Positions 14,464 to 26,890 of a stretch of DNA of 64,000 nucleotides are shown piece after piece. Below the pieces are notes generated by a model that saw only the letters and a list, made by a program, of their open reading frames with translations, was not told where the DNA came from and searched no databases. The DNA is from Ramazzottius varieornatus. Taxonomy: Eukaryota > Animalia > Tardigrada. Position numbers and translations under genes: made by a program. Within the stretch, counting starts at the first letter, position 1; the number at the start of each line of letters is the position of its first letter. The stretch spans positions 1,595,471 to 1,659,470 of the forward strand of contig BDGG01000013.1 of NCBI GenBank assembly GCA_001949185.1, in the 5' to 3' direction.

Positions 14464-14820
14464 GAGTGAATTTGACCAAGCTCTGGTCGAAGCAATTGGT
14501 CAATTTTTCGTCCAAATTTGGACAATAAACACTTGGCCAATGGTCAACTCTTCGGCCAGTTCTATGACCGTTGTTCAGTTTTGTGGTCAACATTTCGACC
14601 AATGGTCAAAATTTTGGCCACAAGTTTTGACCAACAGCCAAATTTTTGGCCAAAGTTTGACCAATTCGCCAAAATCGTAGACCATTGGACGAACCAATGG
14701 TCAACAGTTTGACCAAAGACGATCGGTCAATCTTGCTATAAGCATTGGCCAACATTTCGTTGAGCAATATTGGCCAAAAGTTGACTAGTTGGTCCGATGA
14801 AGAGTTAGTCAAATCCACTC
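14464..14820. mobile_element. MITE family B, copy 1 (TTGACC/GGTCAA-rich)
   Basis: Termini GAGTGAATTTGAC / GTCAAATCCACTC; interior built from repeated TTTGACCAA/TTGGTCAA words; related copy at 28918. Confidence 0.75.
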
Positions 14821-14947
14821 TGGTCTCAATATCGGTGGCTTACTCAACAACCAACGATATGCTATCTTTTGTGCCGTGAAACCGGGGCATGGTTGGACCA
14901 TCTGGACACGGTGAGGTGGATTCGTGTCCTTAAGCGATGCACGAATA

Positions 14948-15112
14948 CAGTGTACGACAAAATAAACCGTTAAAAGTGGTTGTATGGAGCCAGATGGTTA
15001 AAGCCAATGACATTTGTGCATGCAGCAAAGCCTAATTCTCATCCGCTGAGTCGTAAGGTAGCTCAGCTGGAGTGTTACGCCCATTTTTAACGGTTAATTT
15101 TGTCGTACACTG
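14948..15112. mobile_element. Tc1/mariner-type MITE (CAGTGTACG termini)
   Basis: TA-CAGTGTACGACAAAATAAACCGTTAAAA ... TTTTAACGGTTAATTTTGTCGTACACTG-TA. Confidence 0.85.
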
Positions 15113-17069
15113 TACCGCAACAATGGACGTCAGATCAGAATCGGTAATTGATGATGGTGGACATTTTGGACCAGTCAAAAAGTCTCTTCCCTCTGTTGAA
15201 AATGCAGTCTTCCCAGCTGACCTCCAAATGCCCAATGACCGTCGAAGTACAAGGAGAAAATAGGGGAGTTGTCAGGCAGGGTGGACTTGTCAGGTCGAAC
15301 TTCTGCCTTCCGTTCATCCAAATCTTCTGATTTTGAACTGCCCATTCTGTTGTGGAATTCAGGTCTGTATCTGTCAAACCAAGTTGAAATCAGAAGATTC
15401 GGATGAGTAAAACAGTTGGCAGCAGGTCGAAAGCGGCAACGCACATTGAATTAAGCTGGCCATTGCCACTTTCGGTCGGCTACCAACTGTTTTTTCCATG
15501 CCAACAGTTAGGTCAAGTTTTGATGTGGTGGCAGCACCGGAAATGTATGGCAAGCATAGAGATTAAGTTGCGACCCAGACTTACTAGGAAGTTCCACGTC
15601 AGTTTCGAACCAATTTCCACGTCAGAATGGGCAGTTCTCAAAGCAATCCACAATGAATGTGGATGTCTAATTCGCTGGGACCATCTTAGCAGGAACAAGC
15701 TTACGCCAACAACCCAGGGTCTGTCGAACAAACGCTTTCATCCTGCGAAGTTCCCAATAAAATGAGCATGAACAGGCTTTTGTCATGAGGAACGATACGG
15801 GTAATTTTTGCAGGACACTTTTGCCGGAGATTTACTTTGATCTGCTCAATAGCTCGAGGTTTTAGCCACATTTTGGCCGTTCGGGCTTTCCCAATAACCT
15901 GTCGCGTGACGGGAATAGCGAAAAATGACCCTCATTAATAATATTCCTTATCAACTACCGTAGTACCGCTGCTCAGCGGTTGAATGTTAAAGGACTAGCT
16001 GGAAAGTCACGTTTTCGGAAAGACCACACTATGTTTCTGCAAGATGGTTCTTGACCTATGGAAGTTGGACGACGGGTTCAAAGAGATACGAGGAAACAAA
16101 GCAGGGCCATGGGGTGGCGACTGAATATGAGGTCGGTCGATATGACTTTGCGTTTTCTGGGGGCAAAGTCATATCGACCGATATTTTTTGCAAATTTGTT
16201 AGTTGACGTTCAAGTTCTCCCGCATGAGTCATGTTGTGTACCAACACTCCTTGTTCTCAGGCGGCTGGTCCTGAGCCCGTGCGTTGACAACTGGTGGAAA
16301 AGTCTTGATTCAAACCCAAACGAGAAAGTTTTTTCTACTTTTTCCGAATTTTCTTTTTCAAGAGCGAGCAAAGCAACATGGTAGCGAATTATATCATCGT
16401 GTGGAGCTAGGTGAGGACTTAACGATGCCAGTTAACAATGATCGTATTGCGGCTTCAGGATTTTCTAAAACCGGAAAACGTGTCTTACCGCTTGTAAACG
16501 CGACCGGTAAAATGCGCCGCTTTAGTGGGCTGGCGAAAATCAAATTTCTCCCGTCTCACGGACTTCCAGAAACATTTCAATAAGTTGCCCGGTAGATCTA
16601 CCGGGGTGTGTTCTATCTTTGTGTGGGATTGCTTTGCGGTGGAAACTGTTGCTGCCCGCAAAATGAATGGTCAGATTTCCGAGACTTTGTCCATGTTTCC
16701 ACTCGGAAAATTCTGGCAGCGCGCGTTGTCGGACGAAATCTAAAACTGATTTCGAGACAGCATTCACTGGAGCATTTGTCAGAACCGTCAGCATGTGTGG
16801 AATAAAACTTGTGCGCTCAAAAAAACTGTTTTCGCAAAAGTGGTGGTTTATTTCAATAGTGACGACCTCTTTTGGATGAATTTCTAAAGGTTAACACCGA
16901 TCAATAAGTTGAACCCGGGAAGCGGATCCAAAAGTTCACCGATAATGCATCCTGTTGCAAAAAATTCGGGAGGAAAAACTTTGCTGGAACGGGAGAAAGG
17001 ATTTTTTTCAAATTGGTGTCGGAAAAAGAGTAACAAGTCACACTTCCGCACCTAATATGAACTTTAGTT

Positions 17070-17300
17070 TTGTACCAGACTTCACTGTTCAAAGTTGCGT
17101 ACAATGTCATACTTGATGTTCCAGAGCGGACCGCGGACTGTGTGATCTGCTTGTCTGAGCGACCCAGCATCGCCTTTGCTCCGTGCGGACACAAGCAAGC
17201 ATGTCGAAATTGTACGTCAAAGGTATTCGAAAGCGACAACCCGAATTGTCCTACATGTCGCGCAGAGATCAGGCAGCTACTCTGTACTACGAATCTTTGA
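17070..17300 (+). CDS. Terminal exon encoding a C3HC4 RING finger (IAP/Neuralized/MIB-like); upstream exons unresolved, possibly decayed
   Basis: CVICLSERPSIAFAPCGHKQACRNC...CPTCRAEI, preceded by a plausible acceptor (ttttgtaccag) and followed by AATAAA. Confidence 0.7.
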   Translation: MYQTSLFKVAYNVILDVPERTADCVICLSERPSIAFAPCGHKQACRNCTSKVFESDNPNCPTCRAEIRQLLCTTNL

Positions 17301-17459
17301 GTGATCAATAAAATGATCCACCACTTGTTACGGCATGGTCGCGCCGATTCCGTGGAGAAATTGAAGCTGGGGAAAAACGCACTCCGAAGCAGTGTTGACT
17401 GCTATCTTATTCGAGAGCTCTTTTGAGGTGCGAACGAAAAAAACCAAAACATAGTGCTA

Positions 17460-17587
17460 CAGTGTACGCCCATATGGTCACCCCAAACTGGGCGGAGTTT
17501 TTGGGGGCTATAGTTGTGCCAACGTTCGATTGGTTAACTTCACTCTGACCAACGCCCAGATTGGGGTGACCAAATTGGCGTACACTG
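17460..17587. mobile_element. Tc1/mariner-type MITE (CAGTGTACG termini)
   Basis: TA-CAGTGTACGCCCATATGGTCACCCCAAACTGGGCG ... CGCCCAGATTGGGGTGACCAAATTGGCGTACACTG-TA. Confidence 0.85.
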
Positions 17588-18124
17588 TAGCTACAAAATT
17601 AAGCTGTGGGGGTGTCAACCAACTGATATAAAGAAGCAAATTTAGCACTAGTTTCCGCACACAACACTGTTTCATCTTATTCTTATTCCATCGGCTACCA
17701 AAAATTTAGCATGGCCGACATCCGAAAATTGTTCTAACCACTGCCTGCACGGACCGCTCACGGCAGATGAATGCAAATGCTTGTCATGCCAACTGGTGCA
17801 GGTCAAGTTCAGGTTGATTGAATAACTCGTGCATTAATTCCTGCGCTCTTTTCCTGATAAAGGAACTACTTCATATATCTTTTAACAAGAATAAGTTTTG
17901 CATTAGAAGGACCGGGGCCTCCTCCTGCACAAAGGAATGCCATAAACTCGCAGATTATTCGCTGGCAATCCTACGAAATATCAACATGGCGTACTTCGGG
18001 TGCGGAGCGGCTAGCTGGAACACAGTGAATTCCCATAGAAACTGTGGTTATGCGCAGATAGGGATGAAGGCAACAGCCACAGGTGCAAATGTGATCGGCT
18101 GGCTCGTTCAGCCCTGTTCGTAAA

Positions 18125-19593
18125 ATGGGACTGAAGTTTTCTCGACACTATCCGATCGTGCATCAGTTCGACGAGGATGCCATACACGACAAGAACCCGT
18201 ACTATATGGTGTTTGCCACCGGAATCCAAGGATGGCGTCCAAGTACGGTAGGCTACTGTCCACAAATCTAATCTGTAGTATGTTTCACTAGAATACATAA
18301 AGGAAGTTATGCAGACATCTCATCTTCTTACAGCTATGGAAGACGCGCACATTATTCAGTTAGCTGCAGTGGGAGATGATCAGGCTTCAGCTTTCTTCGC
18401 ACTATTCGACGGACATGGAGGTTCGTATTGCTTTCGCAACTCTTTCCATTCTGCCGTCGTAACTCTTTTGTTCAATGAGAAAGAACCGCTGTGCAGGGCG
18501 TATTTTTTTGCAGGACCTGACATCGCTCAGTTTGCTGCTGCGAACATTCAGTCTAGAGTTCTTCAACATCCTAAGCTTTGTAAGTTCTCCACGACTTAAA
18601 TTCTGCTGCTTCCTCTATAACACAGCTTTTCTTCTGGGAACGAAGACGAAAATTCCTGTTACGCTTTGCGACATGCTTTGTTGGAAATCGACAAGGAAGC
18701 GTACGCCCTCGGGAACGGTAAGCGATTGGCTCATACAACCTGCGTCCATCTTGCGGGAATGACGGGGAATTCCCGCCGGCTGAAGCGTAGAGCTAACATC
18801 TGACCTTCTGTAGACAGTGAGAACCCGGAGAAATACCACTTGATCGGATGTACGGCCGTCGTCACACTGATCAAGGACAGGAAAATCTATTGTGTTGGTC
18901 AAACTTGATCTGATTCAAGCGAGGCTGACAGGAGTTACATGCCAATAAATGATGTGACCATTTCGTTACAGGCAAATATCGCTGATTCGCGCTGTATAGC
19001 CAGTGTCAGCGGGCATGCTATCCAGCTATCCATCGAGCACAAACCAACAGATCCTGTGGAGCTAGAGAGAGTGACTACGCACAAGGGAAACTTAAAGGGG
19101 TACGTGGAGAACGGTCGAATAAATGGAAATCTGGCGGTACCGCGAGCTCTTGGAGATTTCTACTACAAGAACAACATGGAAGGTCCCCCACACGAGCGCA
19201 TAGTTACTGCGTGGGCGGACATCACTGTTCGAACCATAACAGACGATTGGGAATTCATCGTGATGGCCTGTGATGGAATATGGGACGTAATGACCAATTC
19301 CGAGGTCGTGGAATTTGTACGGAACCGCTTCGCTCAGCACCTGGAACCACGAAGAGTACGCCAAGATAATATTCCATTTTAATCGCACTGGTCCCTGTCC
19401 ATCAATGTTTTTTTTCCAGATAGCTCAAGATCTTTTGTATACCTGCTTGGCTCCAGACACTTCCATGGGCGGACTGGGTGCGGACAACATGACGATCGAA
19501 ATCATTGCCATACTTGGTGGACGGAGCTTCGAGGAGTTTTGCGAGAAATGTGCGACGGACCCAGCTGAAAACTGCCCTCTCCAGTTGAAGTGA
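18125..19593 (+). CDS. PP2C/PPM Ser/Thr phosphatase (PTC2/3-like)
   Basis: MG start, QGWR..MEDAH, FDGHGG, ANIADSR, GRINGNLAVPRALGDF, ACDGIWD, GADNMT; metal-binding Asp residues intact. Confidence 0.92.
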
Positions 19594-20449
19594 GGCATCG
19601 TCCTGTCTACTTTAACTGAATCAATGCAGGAGACCTGTCAAAACAGCCGTGGGTGTTATGTTTTCCAGTTACTACGAGGAATCCTTGGGCAACAAAGTAG
19701 GAATGAACTTGAAGTACTAAGCACTGAAACTCCGTGCTTATGCCGGCTAACTTCGGCGAAGGTCTTCCTCGCCTCTCAGCATCGGGCTAATTTCTCAGAC
19801 TCGTCTTTCGGGATTTCAAGAGTTGGGATTGCTTGTCATTTTCTTCGAGTACTGGGAGTGATTTGTTTATTTGCAGTGTTTAGCGCTGCTATTTTCCTTC
19901 TTGCTGTCATCCATCTGAAGATCCTCTGTTCTTCTGCGCCATACAGTAGGCGGATGCGCTGCTTTTCATTTTTCACGTAGATCTGCATAGTTGGAATCTG
20001 CTCCTACCTTCCTGTCTTGAAAGGATCGTGATCTACCGCGTTCTTTACAATATCTTTAGAAAATTAGTTTCGCGAGTACGAGAAGACGTCAATAAGAGAA
20101 GCGTTACTAAATCACACCTACATCAGGGCTCGAACGTAAGACATGGCCTGATACCGCGTTTTCCGGTGGAGTAGGTCGCGTCACGCTCGAATCCTTTGCT
20201 AATCGAAATTAAGTCTCCTGAAGCGTAACCAAATAGATTCTGAAGCTATTCTAGTTCTTCCTAAAAATCTTTGGTTGTTTTTTGAGTAGCCATACAGAAA
20301 CCAGAAACAATCGGTTCTCCATGTTGAATGTTGTTTGTTATGCGGTCTTTCGGTAGTACGTGCTGCTCCGAGAGTTATGTTCCCTGTTCTGGGAATGGAA
20401 GTCCCTGATAAATTATCGGCAAGAACCTCTACCTTTCCGCCCGCTCAAT

Positions 20450-22717
20450 ATGATTTCTTTTCCTTGTTTACTACTGGGAGTGATCTTCCTGCCGGTACGT
20501 TCCGCCACTTGCTATTACTGTAGTTTTTCCCGCTTTTTCTGGGACTTTTTACTGCACACCAAGTTTTCAGATGTGCCTAGTAAGTCACGCGAAAACTTCT
20601 TCAGGATCTGGAGTGGCTGTCGGTAACCTTCAACAAGGTGCAGTGTAGTACACGCGAAGTTTTTCTGCCGCCTATCCGATTGTCCAAATTTACCTCTCTT
20701 GTTTCTGATAGGCCTTGCAAAAGTCTCCTCAAGTTCAGAGGAACCAGATAGCTTGAAAAACTCCGCCAGTGGGTACATCGGCTCGTTAACTAGCCTGACA
20801 ACATCTGGTGGACAAGGAAGCTGGGAGGACATCTCACAGGGCGACAACCAAAAGTCAAACTCCGTTTCGTTCGACGGAACCGGAACCGTCGATGACAATG
20901 CCAACAAAATCCGTGAGAAGTTTGACATAGTGCATCTCTTATCTGTAACACTATGGTGGCTAAAACTAACAGACTACGTATGGGTCATCGTTTCAGCAGG
21001 ACTTCCCAAATCAAACGCGTCCTCATCTTATGCTTTAGCGAATGAGGACGAACGACGTTTGCTACGAGATAACCCAGGCCTCGCAAATCAGGTGAAGCCA
21101 TCCTCGCGTTCAACCGGGATTACTTCGTCAAGTGGTATTGTGGGAGACTCGGACCGCTTCAACACGGTACAAGTCCAACAAGACGACCAGGGACTGGAAA
21201 CAATGATATGCCCAACGGTAACACAGACTTTGTACCTCCGTCCCAAAACGTCCACGCGAACTGTCCACTTTATCCGTCATACTGCCTCTACCGCTCAAGC
21301 TAATAACTACGATTATGTCACGGTGGGCAGTCCGAGCCAAGCAGATCGTGACGGTGCCACAGCTAGTTTACCGGGTTCTGGTTTGTCGGACTCGTCGATC
21401 AAGGGCGGAGGTCCACCGTTGGTACCAGCGCGAACATCAGCTTGTCCTCGGCCTACCACAGAGTTCCGTAGCTTCGTTTATGTGTCGGTAAGCAAATCCA
21501 AACTTGTTCTGTGGACAAAGACGTACTATAGAAAGCATTCCGGTAATGTTCATTCTCTGAACAAGGAAGCGAATCACGAATCAACTACATGTCAAGTGAA
21601 ATTTAGTCGGGCTTTGCTCCTTTTGATCTCAGTATTCCACAACCGAATTTGCATTTATTTTTCAGACAGTATTCGTTCCAACAACCTTGACCGATTACAC
21701 AACAATTACACGCACGGTGAGCATTCCGGTCGAGAACACTTATCAACAGGAACCTGTTACACGGTACAAGACAATTTTCGTCGACGAGGTGCAACCAAGC
21801 ATGCATAAGCATCGACGACCACTCAGCGTTGCAAGATATCCTGATTCCCAACAGCTTGGAGTGGATACTGTGTTCGCCACAGTTACCGTCACGCAAATTC
21901 AGCCACAGGATTGCCCGTAGGTAAATTCAAAACCCACATCAGAATTGTATTCTTTTATCTACGTTTCATGCGCAAAGGGAAGTAGCGTGTGGTAGCGGAA
22001 GTCAACCAGCCAGGAACTACGTTCTAAACGATGATGTCCAGCCCAATTTCGGCAGAAATACAGAGACTCTGGATTCCTACATGCACAGAACTGCGCCGAA
22101 TCCTAACAAGCAGTCAGTGGAGCAAACTGAGTACCTTGAGCAGAACGGGTACGTGGTGGCGAAGCCCAGTCAAACAGTATACGCCCTGCCACCCGGTTCT
22201 CAAATCCGGCCTACGCCAGTTAAACGTTGCCGACCAGTGATCAAACAGCCGGTCCCAGTAAAAGTGGCGCAGTTACGGAGTAGCGTCAACAGGAAAACGT
22301 ACGAAGACGACTACACCAATCTTTCCAGTGCTTCAACGAACGAGGAAGTGATCCTCGAACGCTACAAACGGACTCTGCGCGATAACCACAATCGAGCTTA
22401 CGGTACAACTTGGTCATCAGTTTTCCTCAAAGAAGTTTTTGACCGGTGTCTACTTTCTAGTGAAAGACGATGGGACACCGCTGGATCCCAACGCTCCATC
22501 ACTTCCACAGGAGAAATATGTTGACAATCTACCCCCCGCGTTCTCTGGTTCTCAACTGAAGGTCCCAAACCCAAGGCGAGGAAGTGCAGCGGCTATACAA
22601 GACATATTTGCGGAAAGTTGGAGTACCAGAGCTCCTCAAAGTTTCTACAAAGAGGGGAATGTTGACGATTTTGTGGACGACGGAACGGGGACATTGGTCG
22701 AATGGGTAACCTGTTGA
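20450..22717 (+). CDS. Putative secreted low-complexity orphan protein, multi-exon
   Basis: Short signal-like first exon MISFPCLLLGVIFLP followed by a donor; S/G/T-rich exons with CP-anchored Thr/Val strands (CPTVTQTLY, TVTVTQIQPQDCP); consistent GT-AG junctions. Confidence 0.55.
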
Positions 22718-23126
22718 ATCCACAGCTTGCCTTTGATCGTGCAGTACACTGTTACGATGCTTTGACTTGTTCACGAACGTATCGACATACCGTACCGGTG
22801 TTCCAATTTTTTTCTATTCCAGTTTCCAAATGAACAGGTTCCTGTGGTCCAAAGAGATCTATCAATCAACCGTAACTTACAGGTTATTCATTTTGGGAAA
22901 AATTGTTCAGACACTCAAAACTTCGGACTAATATACTGTACTTACAACCACGAGAGGGGAAAAGTTCCCGTAAAGAAGAGGCCATTCAGGCTAAAGAGCT
23001 AAAAACTACAGCTGGAAAAATGGCTTCGAAAGAACTTCGGTGACGACACAAAACGAGGTAAGGTTTCCGAGCTCAAAAACAATTTCCGTACAAAGAAGTA
23101 AACTCTCCACATCACAACAAAGAAGG

Positions 23127-23638
23127 CTAGCCGATATTGAACTTGTTCATCAGCCCACTGAGGCCTCTTGAGGATCCCGGGTTGCTGTCAGCTTCAATGG
23201 TGCGAGTGTTGTCGATGTTGGAAGGCGATGCGTTGTCGTGCTTCTTCCGCTTGAACAGCCCAGCTCCAGCGCCCAAAGCTCCTCCAGCAGCTGCTCCTTG
23301 CTTCCACGAAACCTGTAAGATATAAAAGAGGAAGGCTGGGCACTGGGTAACAGGAGGGAGGTCTCGGATAATATTTGGAAACAAGGAAGTGAGGCGAAAG
23401 AAACTTACACCAGGGATGATGGCGCCAACCAGTCCACCTAGAATCGCTCCTTTCACACCCGTCCCGACGACGCTTCTTTTGACTCTAGCTTCTTCAGATG
23501 GACCACCAGGAGATCTGCACTCTAGAAAGGAAAGACAAACTCAAACTTCCATCAAGCCTGTGAAAGAAAGAGACTTTTCTCACCTGCGATCAAGACGCAC
23601 AATGCGAGGAGGACGACGCTGGTCTTGAGGAAAGCCAT
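23127..23638 (-). CDS. Secreted Gly-rich prepropeptide, 117 aa (exons 23638-23584, 23521-23409, 23312-23127)
   Basis: Canonical splice sites join in frame: MAFLKTSVVLLALCVLIAECRSPGGPSEEARVKR-SVVGTGVKGAILGGLVGAIIPGVSWKQGAAAGGALGAGAGLF-KRKK... Confidence 0.8.
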
Positions 23639-24288
23639 GACGATCTCTGGCGAAGGTTGGTGTGAGGATCGTATTCCGGAGAGTAGAGCAGGGACACTTC
23701 CAGTGGTTTTCGGATACCCTAGGAATATATTTGGAGAGGAAGGGTAATTCTGATCTTCGTGAAGCGTGAACGAAGACTGAGATCCGGGTGTGAAAATCGA
23801 ACAGGCGACAAGGTTTCGGGAAATCCCATGGGAGATGAATCATCGCAGTGCCAGTGGACAGTGGCCAGACGCAAACTGCTGGGCGTCGCTGGTGATGGAC
23901 CACGCCCACTACGTGGACATTCATAGATTTCGTAAACTCAGTGGTGACATCCGCACTGTGAGCCAATGTGATCACCCCGAAAAGGCCGAAAGTTTTTGGG
24001 CGTAGCTTTGGTGCATGACGCAAATAAACAGCTGATCGCTGTCAAGTGATCAGCTGTCTAAATTCACAGTACCTTTCTACTGGATAGCCTCAACCACCAC
24101 AACGCCGATTTTGGGTAACCATTAACTGCGTCAAAGGTGAATGAGCTTCATCAAGTCCTAGAGACATTACGCTGCGTGCGATTTCACGAGGGTCCTCACA
24201 GCTTCACCGTCGGTCCGTCGGCATTCCCTTGGCCTGCTCCTAGATCTTAAATCACGGTCCGCATGTCGTTTTTCGACAATCATGGCGA

Positions 24289-25563
24289 ATGATACTCAGA
24301 ATTTTCTTTTCCTATTTTTCTGCGATCTATTTCCCGTGTGTTCTAGCCATCCAAGAAATCACAATCAGCCTGTCGTCGCGCGGTGTGATCAGCTTCGACA
24401 TCAACTGGAGCATTCGCAACTTTTCATTCTTCAAAACGGTGGCCACCGATAGACACTTCGAAGACCGACTTTTGGGCAAGTCTGTCTGGTTTCCTCATTC
24501 TGAATCTGCTCGAGAAGCCCGGAGAACATCCTTCGGACATTGGATTCTACTCTGTTGGGCTCTACTACAGTATCTAGACTACCAACATACAGGAGAGGAC
24601 AACTTCAGCATCCGAGCGAACATCACAATGGGGTTGACAGATCGTGTTCCTCGAAAATACCCACAAAATTGTTCTTTCGCAAAGTTAGTCCGTCAGTCCA
24701 TCAGTATTCAACTGCGTACAGTGCAGAGCTGCTTCTTCCAGCACAGTACGTTCTTCTTTCCCAGGCTTGTTGACGATGAAAGCCATTTTCTAGCTGGCTT
24801 GCAAGTTCCTAATATGAAAGTGACCTTTGTACGCAGTGGTAGTCGGAGCTGCGGAAGACCAGGAATACTGGCTCATTTCTCGCTCTTGCGGTGCAAACGG
24901 GACGGTGCTTATGAATGGCGCATTGAAGCTACGGGCAGGCATACCTATCTCTTGTTTGGCATGACTACGCGGCCCTTGAATCAACAGCATTGCTCAATTC
25001 GGAAGCTCCCGATAACTTTCAACAGGATTTTTGTGGTTCGTACGAAACAACCGTTGGTAGGGACTTTGTCTGGGTGTTATCCGACGGTGGGGTAAACCAA
25101 GTTTTCTTTAACCTTGATGTGAAAGACATGCTAGCTGTTGTTCCTTTTTACGTATGTTTGAGTCGAGTACGTATGGCAAAAAACCCAGACCGGACGATGC
25201 GTCATTTCCGATATCACTTCGTCGGTGCTGACCGCGCTTTTGGAGTATGAGTACGTGTACTGTGGATTCTCGGAGGATGATATCGGAGCAGATCCGGCTG
25301 ACATCTTGCTGGCAGCGGACACGTATCAGGTTTCCGACCTGGCGAAGCGCTATGAGCGGTTCCTGATGGGTCAGGTAGCGGTGAAGAACGTCGTGGACCT
25401 GGTACTGTACTCGTGACTGACGGAGTCTCCGCTCCGGTTCTGCGAAATAGTAGGCTATCTCCGTTCGCAACAACCTGGCAGCCTTGAGGGGTTCTGGAAA
25501 GATCAATATATTGACGAAGAAGGCCAGCTCTAAGCTCGTCGACCTCTTCGACTTCCTAGGGTA
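24289..25563 (+). pseudogene. MATH-BTB (SPOP-like) pseudogene, copy 1
   Basis: FDINWSIRNFS MATH start; BTB/BACK segment ILLAADTYQVSDLAKRYERFLMGQVAVKNVVDL; frameshifts and an in-frame TGA at ~25414. Confidence 0.7.
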
Positions 25564-25891
25564 GCACATCTGACGTTTCAACAGGTAAAGTAGATGCTCC
25601 TATGGGGAACCGCCATTCGTTCTTTTACTTCAGGACGTCTGACTTGGTTGTGGCAACAAGTCGGAACAGCAATTTAGTTTGTGACCAACAGTGCTCCAGG
25701 CATGCGGAAAAGGAACAGAGCGCGGCTACCATGTTCGAAAACGGCAAAGCGGAAATCAGAATCCAAATTTTGACCGGGTGGTCGTAACCGGTTGCGGGCA
25801 AGCACAGAAACGCTCCTGCGCATGTTGGTCCGGGTTGATTGTCACTCATTGACTTGACCACCGTTGGACGGGTGGTCTCCAAGATCAAGTA

Positions 25892-26478
25892 CGAGGTGAA
25901 CGGCATAATTCGGGCATGGAAATTTCCGACCCATAATTCGGGCAACTATTTTCTCCGTAACGGCTGGACGGATCAGCGTTATTTGTAGTTTGCCGAGTGG
26001 AAAAACTTGTTTACGGTAGCCTTGTTTACGGGTATCGCTATTGTTAAAAAGCCTGCGAAATGAGATTGAGAAGGGCCACAAGAGGCGCTTGACTCGATTT
26101 ATTTAGCAACCTTCGTTGACGTCATAAAGCTCGTTTGAAGTAAAGAAAGACTTTCACATGACAGGACACTGCTCGATGACGCATTTCCGCCTGCCGACGA
26201 AGTTCTGATGCGATACCGCACGGCCATTTCTCACATGTAGGCTTAAAGGCTTACTGACGTCCATAAAATGTTGAAGTTTCTCGTAAGGAAAGCTATTTCC
26301 GTGTGTGCCGAATCCCATACCGCAGAACAGAACGTTAATGCAGAACACAACTGTAGCACGGTTATAATCAGCGGCACACGCTAACCAGCAACCTGACACG
26401 TGCTGCCACCCCATACCGCAGGCTTTGCCCGAATTATGGGTCGGAAATTGCCATGCCCGAATTATGCCGTTTACCTCG
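25892..26478. mobile_element. Non-autonomous mariner-like element
   Basis: TA-CGAGGTGAACGGCATAATTCGGGCATGG... / ...CCATGCCCGAATTATGCCGTTTACCTCG-TA; ~55-bp TIRs each holding two CATAATTCGGGCA sub-repeats. Confidence 0.85.
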
Positions 26479-26890
26479 TACGGTCCAACTCGAAGACGGC
26501 AATCAATCAATCGATACTTCCTCAGTCTTGAAAAACCGCTTTGAATGTAGTTAGAGCACTGAGTCTCCCGACTAGGAAAAATAGGATTCCGCAGCCATGA
26601 CCAAGTTGCCAGTTCCCCCGGATTGTGGCAGGTCGCACTAGAAAACTGCGTAATCGTTAATATTAGGCTGGCTAAATCACCCGTCCAACGCTGGATTTGA
26701 CCTGCTGCACTTCCTTCGCCATGCGAACGTTCGCCGAAGACTTTTACTGTTGACACTTGCTGCTTCGGAAACATCTTGCTCTGCTCGTAAATTCCTCCTC
26801 CTTGGTACACTCCGTAGTTGGTACGACAGGATAACATGTCCAACCCAGCCAAGTTCAAGTTTGAGGAGGTTTTAACTTTTGAAGACAGAG

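Noticed and set aside
20115-20200. GTTCGAGCCC B-box-like word on the minus strand as a tRNA or SINE
   Set aside because: No cloverleaf or A box could be built
23127-23460. Glycine-zipper ORF as bacterial contamination
   Set aside because: It has two canonical spliceosomal introns and a eukaryotic signal and furin-site layout
26154-26858. 234-aa minus-strand ORF as a transposase
   Set aside because: It crosses the element's TIR, has a non-ATG start and shows no DDE/D motif
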